A stretch of DNA of 37,368 nucleotides from Vitrella brassicaformis CCMP3155 (taxonomy: Eukaryota; Protista; Chromerida). The stretch covers positions 1 through 37,368 of the forward strand of contig CDMY01000645.1 in NCBI GenBank assembly GCA_001179505.1, given 5' to 3'. Positions 30,163-37,368 of this stretch are shown here, piece after piece; position 1 is the first letter of the stretch; every line of letters starts with the position of its first letter. The notes below the pieces were generated by a model. The model made no database searches and was not told the DNA's origin. It saw only the letters and a list, made by a program, of their open reading frames with translations. A program made the position numbers and the translations under genes.

Positions 30163-32352
30163 ATGATGCGTGGAGGGGTGCGTGTGGATCGCGTCAAGCT
30201 CTTCCTGGGCGGGCTGAGCCACACCACCACCGAAGACGACATTCACCACCACTTCACACACTTCGCCAAGTGCTACAGAGCTGGTGAGTGCATGGGCGGG
30301 CCAGCACACACGTGTACACAAAATGAATGCCTCTCGCATGTGTGTGTAATGTGTGTGTCAAATGGTCAGTTGTGAAGCGTGACTTGCGTGGCAAGCCGCG
30401 TGGCTTTGGCTTCGTGGTCCTCAGCAAGGAAGGCGCACAAGTCGCTCTCAGATCACCGCAGGCAAGCAAACACACCCACACTGACACACCCACACATCGA
30501 TCCATTGCACTGTGTGTGTGTGTGTTAGGTGTTGTGTGGTCGCGAGGTGGACGTCGAGCCAGCCATCCCGTCGGAGCTGCACACGGCCGCACCCACACGA
30601 CAGCCACACACACACTCTCGCCGCCCACCCGCCGGCCTCACTCCCACACGTCTGCCCCATCTTCCCCACTGAGAGTCAGCCACCCAACTCACAGACACAA
30701 CCACAACGCACAGCAATACACGCACCTTTGTCTCGTGGTCTGGCTGGGTGTGTGTGTGTGTGGCACGATACATAGAGGTGTTTGTGGGTCATCTGCCGTT
30801 GTCTGCGTCGGTCCAGCAACTCGAGCGCTACTTCGCCAACTTCGGCTCCACCGTCGAGCAAGTCACCATCATCCGCGGTACACAATCATCACGTGTCTCC
30901 ACCCATCCATCCATCCATCCACCCATCCATCCATGTCTCTCTCTGTGTGTGGGTCAAGGTGAGGACGGCCGATCGAAGGGTTTTGGCTTCGTCACGCTCA
31001 AGGACTGGGCCGCCGTCGACAAGATCATGACCCAATACCACACACACAAGGCAACCCACACACATTCGACACACCACAACACACACAAACAAGACAAGCA
31101 AACAGCAGCCACACGCCATCCATTCATGTTCTCCCTTCCATTCATCTCGGTGTGTGTGTGTCTCTTTAGATTGATGGCCAGTGGGTGGAGGTCAGCCAGC
31201 CATGCACATGGAGCTGATGCGTGCATGACCAGCGTCAGACTGTGTATCTGTGTGTCTCTGTTTGTCTGTGTCTCTGTCTTTAGGTGAAGCGAGCAACGCC
31301 ACAGAACGAGCTCAAGCTGCTCCCCGGCGAGATGCGACACCAACAGCCCCACAGCCACAGCCACGCACAGGCGCCGCAGCACGACTGGCGCACAGGTGCC
31401 ACAGACGACAATGAAAAGGACAACGAGGCCTTCGAGTACCAATCGGCCGTCTCACTCCTCGACGAACACAACCAAGTGCCAGGTCACCTTCTGACCCACA
31501 CTCGTGCCACATCTCTCTCTCTCTCTATCTATCTATCTATGTCTGTCTCTTCGTGTCTGTCTCTTGCTTAGAAGATGCGTTTGAGAGCTCTGCCGCTGAC
31601 GTCCTTTCACCGCCGCCAGGCAACCAGCACAAAACCACACCAGACGAGACAAGATCTGTCTGTCTGTGTGTGTGTTCAGGTTTTGAGGACGTGATGATCC
31701 CCGACACGGCTCAAGTGCACCACACCCAACCAAACCACGTCCAAGTAAAACCAACCCACACACAATGGACGGATATCGAGTGCACATGATGCGTATCGAT
31801 TGTGTGTCTGTGTGCAGGCCGACTCTGCCAAGACGGCCGTAGACGATGGGGCACAGCAACTCTGCAAGACCGACGCCAATCAACCAACGGTGACTTAATT
31901 AAACACATCCATACCACACCAAACCACCATCACCGTCGATGGACACATGCGTGTGTGATGTATGTGCGTGATCGATCAGTGTGGGGCTGTCAAGGGCCGA
32001 AAGAGTGACGAGAGCGACAAGTCCAAGGCATCGTCGAGCGGGCTGTGCTCATCCAGCCGCTCGTCCATCGTGACGCCGATCCCCAACTACCAACCCACTG
32101 TGCAGGTGCGCATCCATCCATCCATCCATGTGTCGTGTCTTAGTTGTGGATGATTGCAATCACGTCTATGTATGTGTTTGTGTGTGTTCGTGTTGTGTGC
32201 AGGAGTGTCTGCGTCTGCTCAAGTCTGCGATCGAGCGAGAGGCGAGTGGCGGCGACGCGCACAGGCCCCCCACACACCTCACCGCTGCACTCATCAGCAC
32301 ATGCACCGCACTGCTCGACCAGATGCACGACAACCAACACACGCACGAATGA
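30163..32352 (+). CDS. RNA-binding protein with two RRM domains (Musashi/hnRNP A/B-like)
   Basis: RNP2 KLFLGGL, RNP1 KPRGFGFV, LCGREVDVEPAIP; second RRM VFVGHLP...RSKGFGFV...HKIDGQWVEVKRATP; low-complexity C-terminus. The start and the inter-RRM linker splicing are uncertain. Confidence 0.88.
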
Positions 32353-33361
32353 AGAAACACAAACAGAGACAGAAGGAAAGAGGAAAGCACGGAAGAGAGT
32401 CGGTGGAAGTGGTGGGTGAATCTTTCATGGATGGATGGCTGTCGTACGTGAGTGGATGTCCATGAGCCAGTGTGGAACGAATGAATGAAGGAGACCAACC
32501 AACCAAACAAAAAGTCAATCGCATGAATTGATGCATGAGGGTGTCTCTCATCGATGATAGAGCTAGGATGCGGGCGTACATTTCAACAAGACACATGCAG
32601 GGCATTGCAGGTGCGTCTGTCTAGCCGAGAGACAACTATACATGTGTGACGGTAAGAGGCGTGGCGCCCGATATATATTGGGACTCGCCGCTACTGCGCG
32701 TCTACGAATTGCACGCTCCCATCGGTGCCGTCTTTTTCATCCCGATCGCCGAGGCGCAGTTGAAGACGCGGAAGGGCTTTCATATGCATATGGGTGGATG
32801 GATGGATGGGTGGATGGATGGGTGGACGAATAGACGAGTGTGCAATGTGTGAGCATGGATGGAACGAGACGAACAACCAAATTGGCAAGTCAGTATGGCC
32901 GCGACTCCACTCATTTATGAGCCATCCATCCACTCATCCGTCCTTATCCGACCATGCGATGCATGCAGCCACCGTCAACACTCACACACATTCGCTCTCC
33001 ATCCATGGATCATGTATGTGTCCATCAGTCTGCGTGTCTCCCTCTGCCTGTCTGTCTGTCTGTCTGTGTTGTGTGTCGTCTTCATTTTCTCTTTCTGTCG
33101 ATGACGCGGCCACGCTGGTACTTGCTCTGCGTGGGAGAACACACAGCACAGCAGAGTGGGAATACAGAAAGGGGAAAGTGAGCGGCAAGCGAATGCATCA
33201 CACCTGCGTGGAGATGCCTTTGGGCTCACACAAGGGCGGGGGGCGTCCGTCGTTGTTGCACTGTGCGCATTGTTGACAGAGGGGTGTGTATGTGCGTGTG
33301 TGTGTGTTGGGGGACTTACCATGTCGTCATTGGTGTCTTGTGCGGGTGAGGCCTTTGTTCG

Positions 33362-36300
33362 CTACTGCTCTCGCTGTCGCTGCTGCTGCTGCTGCTGTTG
33401 CTGCTGGTCGTGGTGTCGCCGGCCCTCCAATCGACGTACAGCCAGCGCAAGAGATGAAACCTGATTGATGAGTGAGACACGCTGCACCATCCATTCCATG
33501 CATCCCATCAGTGTGCATGTGCTGTCTGCGTGCCTCGGCCTCATGTGGGGCGAGTGTCTTGTCTCTGTTGGCAGTTATCTCCTGTCGCGCTTTCGCGAAC
33601 ACTCCACACCAACGCTGCACACAGATGACACTTGTGTGGATGTGGGGGGGTGTTTGCGTGTGCCTTGCTGACTGGCTGACTGACGTACACACTTACATCT
33701 GCCAAGTGCTTCTTGTTGGCCTCGCGCTGTCTGGCCGTCGCCTCCTTGTCGCTGTCATCAAACGAACCACCAACCGCACTAAGGAAGGCCATACACACAC
33801 ACAAAGATCCAAAGGCACTCATGCTACAACTGTGTGTGTGTCTGTGTGTGTGTGGTCGCTGACGTGTATGCGGCTTGTTGCATCTGTCTCTCGAGTTGCG
33901 TCTCCATTTGTCGTTTGATGGGTTCGTGTTTGTTGGCCTCGCTCTGCGCGTACACACTCAGGGTCCTTTCGTCGGCCTGCACACAGCACATCACGAGAGG
34001 GACATGGACAGGGCAGCTCTCGTGACGTGATCTCGAGGGTCACCATGCGCATCGAGACGTGAGATTGGCTTTGGTGACGTCGCTCCGCGTGCTTGAGACG
34101 AGCATCGAGTGCAGACAGCCTCGCCACAAGCTCACTCTCCCTGCCCGGCACACACGACACACACCATACACATGACATACATGACATAGATGTGTTTCCT
34201 TTCAAGATTGGTCTGTGTTCACCAGTTGGGGAATGTACCATCCGTCTGGCGCTGCAGCGCGGTGCACTCGTCGCGGGCCGCATTCTCATTCTTCTGCTCG
34301 GTCATCATGGCCTCGTCCAACGAATGGATCTCAGCTGAGGCATCAGCACCACATACGCACACCGAGTGAGAGACTGTGAAGTTTCCCTCTTTCTGTGTGT
34401 GTCGGTGACCCTCCATTTCTGCGATGCGTGCCTGCACCTGTGCCAACTCTCTCTGGACACACGGAGACACACAACATCCGCTTTGCCTCGTGTGCGTCGT
34501 CGTTCAGTATGCAGTGCACCTGTGTGTTGTCGATTTGGTGTGTCTGTGCCTTTCGCTGATCGGTTGCCTCGTCCAGTCGGCCACTCACTGATACCAACTC
34601 CTCGAGCAACTTCATGCCAGCCTGTGCACACATTCGCACAAGTCCACAAAGGTGCTGTTGTGTTTGCATGTTTCTTACTGCGATTTGCTGCTGGATGGCG
34701 CTTGTCTTGCTGTCGACATCGCTCAGCTCATCGGCGTGTCGGCTCTCCTCACCAGCCAACTCTACATCCACACAACACACATGAGACACATGGACGTCTG
34801 TGTCTGTGTCTGTGTCTGTGTCTGTGTATCGCGCTAACGGTCGATGTTTGTTTGTATGTTGTGTTGGTGTGTGCGTTTGTCGGTCATCTGCTGCTCGAAG
34901 GCCTTTGATGTCTTGTCCACCGCTGCGATGACGTCGTGCACTCTGAGCAGCTCGGCTGCGATGTCACTGTCACTTGTCTCATGCGTCACCACTGCTGCCC
35001 TCTGCTGCGCACTGGCCGTGGCCTCGCTCCAACTCGCTGTCTCCCTCTCCACGTCAGACACCCTGACAGCACGACACACCATCCATACATCCATCCATCC
35101 GTGTGCGTGTGCATGGGTCTTTGCTTACTTCATCGACCGCTCTTCTGCCAGCAGCGCGTCGAGTCGGTGAGCGGTTTCTGCATGTCTGGCCTCCTCACGC
35201 GAGACGCACTCAGCACGCACAGCCAGCTCCTGACATGCGCACATGACCTCACATGAATGACGGTATGTGAATTGTGTGGGTCGTGTTTACCTGTTGGAGG
35301 CCCTGGTCTTGCTCTCTGAGGAAGTCAAGCTGCATGGTCAGCCCTTGCTGAACACAGCCACACACACACACACACACACACATGGCACACAGATACAAAC
35401 GTGATGTGTGGTCGGTGTGAGGTTGGTTTGTTTGCCATCTCTGCATCGGTCTCGAGTGCGTTGAGCTCCTGCCTGGCCGCTGCGAGACTGCTCTCGAGCG
35501 TGTCTCCCTCCCGACAGGACAGAGAGAAGTTGGACTCGATCGTACGCAACGCAACCTGCACACACAAAAACAGAGTGAGCGCATGTGAGGAGGATGCATT
35601 GTGGTGTGGTGTTGGAGTGTTACCTCGGCCTTGTCCATCGCTTCATGGAGTGACTGCAGCTCTGCGGTTTTGCTGTCTCGGTCACGCTCGGCAGCCGACT
35701 TGTCGGCGAGAGACACGGACAGATGACTGTGCGCTGTGCGATTGTCGGCCTTGTTCGACAGAAGCTCTCTCTCGCCTGAGAGAGATGCACAAAAAATGGA
35801 TCCATCCATCGCCCTTTCTCTCTCTCTTTGTGTTGTCTTGTGTACACACACGTACACTGGTCGAGCTGTGCGGCGACGGCTTTGTTGGCGTCGATCAGAC
35901 ACGCAGCGCGATGGGAGGCAGACGGGAGCTGACCAGACGAGATGAAATGGATGCGTGCGTGGATGGATGTTGTGTGGGGTGTTGGTACTTTGTCGTTGAT
36001 GATGGTCATGATTGCATCGGCCTCGTGCTTGCAGCCATCGATGAACCCACGGTAACGGTCACGGGCAGAAGACAGCGTCTCATGAGCTGACACATCACAC
36101 ACACACACACACATGCATTGGATGGATGCGTCGACATGTGTGTTGGGTGGTTGTTGGTGTGAGTATGCGTGCCTTGTTGGATGCACTGCTCAGTGGTTTG
36201 TGTCTCCTGTCTGCAGAGGGTGTGTTGCGTCGATGCGATGTCGACCTTGCACGTGATGTCTTGCCACTTGCTGTGCAGGTCCACTGCACGCTGCTCGTGA

Positions 36301-36796
36301 CCCGTGAACGACTCCTATGCACACACGACCGAATGTATGCAACGCACCACACAGGGAAATGGATGAACGAGTGGATGTCGTGTGCGTAGATGTGTATAGG
36401 TGCGTGTGGTGGTGACTTGGAGTTTGTCGAGCTCCTGCGCGAGTTTGTCGATCGCTGCCACATTGTCGATCAGACACACAGCACTCTGGTCAATCCGACC
36501 TGCACGGCAGAGACACAAGTGTGTTGATGCACTGCAGTGCAGTGTATGGGTCGGCGTGTGAGTGTATACTTTTCTTGGCAGTGTGCTCGCGCATCAACGC
36601 CATCAGGTCTTCCTTCACACTGTGGAATATCTGCATATATGTCGCCCACACGCGCAGCAAAGGAACAGAGGGACACATTGACTAATGGTTTGGTGTCTGT
36701 CTGTCTGTCTGTCTGTGTGTGCGGTGTCCGTGCCTGCATGTCCTTCCGCTGCTTGTGGATGGAAGCGTGCACACCCGCCGAGCCGTCTTCACTCAT
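33362..36796 (-). CDS. Long multi-exon coiled-coil protein of unknown function
   Basis: Many phase-consistent exons with heptad-rich translations (IDKLAQELDKLQ, ETLSSARDRYRGFIDGCKHEADAIMTII, ELLRVHDVIAAVDKTSKAFEQQM, ESELVARLSALDARLKHAERR). No recognisable domain. The start at 36796 is inferred, upstream exons may reach the window end, and the 3' end is ambiguous. Confidence 0.7.
34796..34825 (+). repeat. (GTCTGT)5 microsatellite in an intron; representative of dozens of AC/GT, ACAG/CTGT, CATC/GATG and ACTC/GAGT tracts across the window
   Basis: Read directly from the sequence. Confidence 0.95.
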
Positions 36797-37368
36797 GGCG
36801 ACTCACACAGACAAACAGACAGCCGCAGATCGCTCGAGAGGCAATCAATCGGTCGGCGAACGAGTGAACGACTCACAAGTGAGGCACACAAGCAACGAGG
36901 GCGACCGTCGAGTGTTTTCTCCGGTTGACTGGCTGCCGCTGCAGCTTCGAATTACGTACATGTATTCGTGTACACACATGTACATATGTGTTTGTTGATC
37001 GATCCATGTACGTATGTATGTCTGTGTGCGTGCAGTTGGCGCATGTCTCTGATGCACTAGCCACAGTGGCACTCACACTACCTCCCTACCTACAGGTACA
37101 GCGGGTAGACTACCACATGCTCAGCCGCGGAGGACGTTCCCTCCGCGCCACCCTGTTGAGACCCTAAAGCTTCCCACCACTGCACACACGCACCCACATT
37201 CCATCAGACACATGCATATAGATGCATAGACAGACAGACAATTGAACGATCAACTTTCCCCTCAGTAGCTTACCACGGCAAGCAGTGAGGCCCCCTGGAC
37301 GACGGACGGACTGAACCGGACGGCAACGGGAATCCTGTCGCCATTGTTGACCACACCTCTGCACACAC

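Noticed and set aside
1-37368. CRISPR array, tRNA, rRNA, transposase/reverse transcriptase, dinoflagellate-type spliced leader
   Set aside because: Repeats are 2-6-nt microsatellites without spacers; no cloverleaf, rRNA-like stretch, TE domain or DCCGTAGCCATTTTGGCTCAAG leader was seen by eye. A covariance-model search was not possible.

Overview
Eukaryotic genomic DNA, gene-dense and very intron-rich (roughly 110-125 short introns by manual count), with microsatellite-filled introns and GC-rich codons. The organism is inferred to be a chromerid alga such as Vitrella brassicaformis, from the intron style, bipartite plastid-targeting leaders, an apicomplexan-type rhomboid and a flagellar gene; this cannot be proven from the window alone. 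The six-frame ORF track is mostly misleading because genes are split into many exons, so I rebuilt the models by hand from splice phase and protein motifs. Fourteen protein-coding genes can be supported: alpha-carbonic anhydrase (+), GRDP/DUF1399-like protein with C-terminal ubiquitin-like domain (-), GRASP (-), CSP41b (+), rhomboid protease (-), EamA/DMT transporter (+), [300-N gap], PEBP (-), tandem ABM/IsdG-like monooxygenase (+), IQUB (-), Tudor-like protein (+), MFS transporter (-), alpha/beta hydrolase with a +1 frameshift (+), 2xRRM protein (+) and a long coiled-coil protein (-). No rRNA, tRNA, CRISPR array or transposase/RT was recognised. Best leads: (1) five head-to-head gene pairs separated by only 62-241 nt, every one containing the 8-mer AGCTCGCA/TGCGAGCT, once as part of a perfect 18-bp palindrome; (2) introns polarised AC-rich at the 5' end and GT-rich at the 3' end, suggesting structure-assisted splicing; (3) an apparent excess of GC-AG introns; (4) a plastid-targeted tandem IsdG-like protein with one intact and one degenerate site; (5) a GRDP-like/ubiquitin fusion ending in LAGC; (6) a single-G frameshift that cuts off the hydrolase catalytic His.
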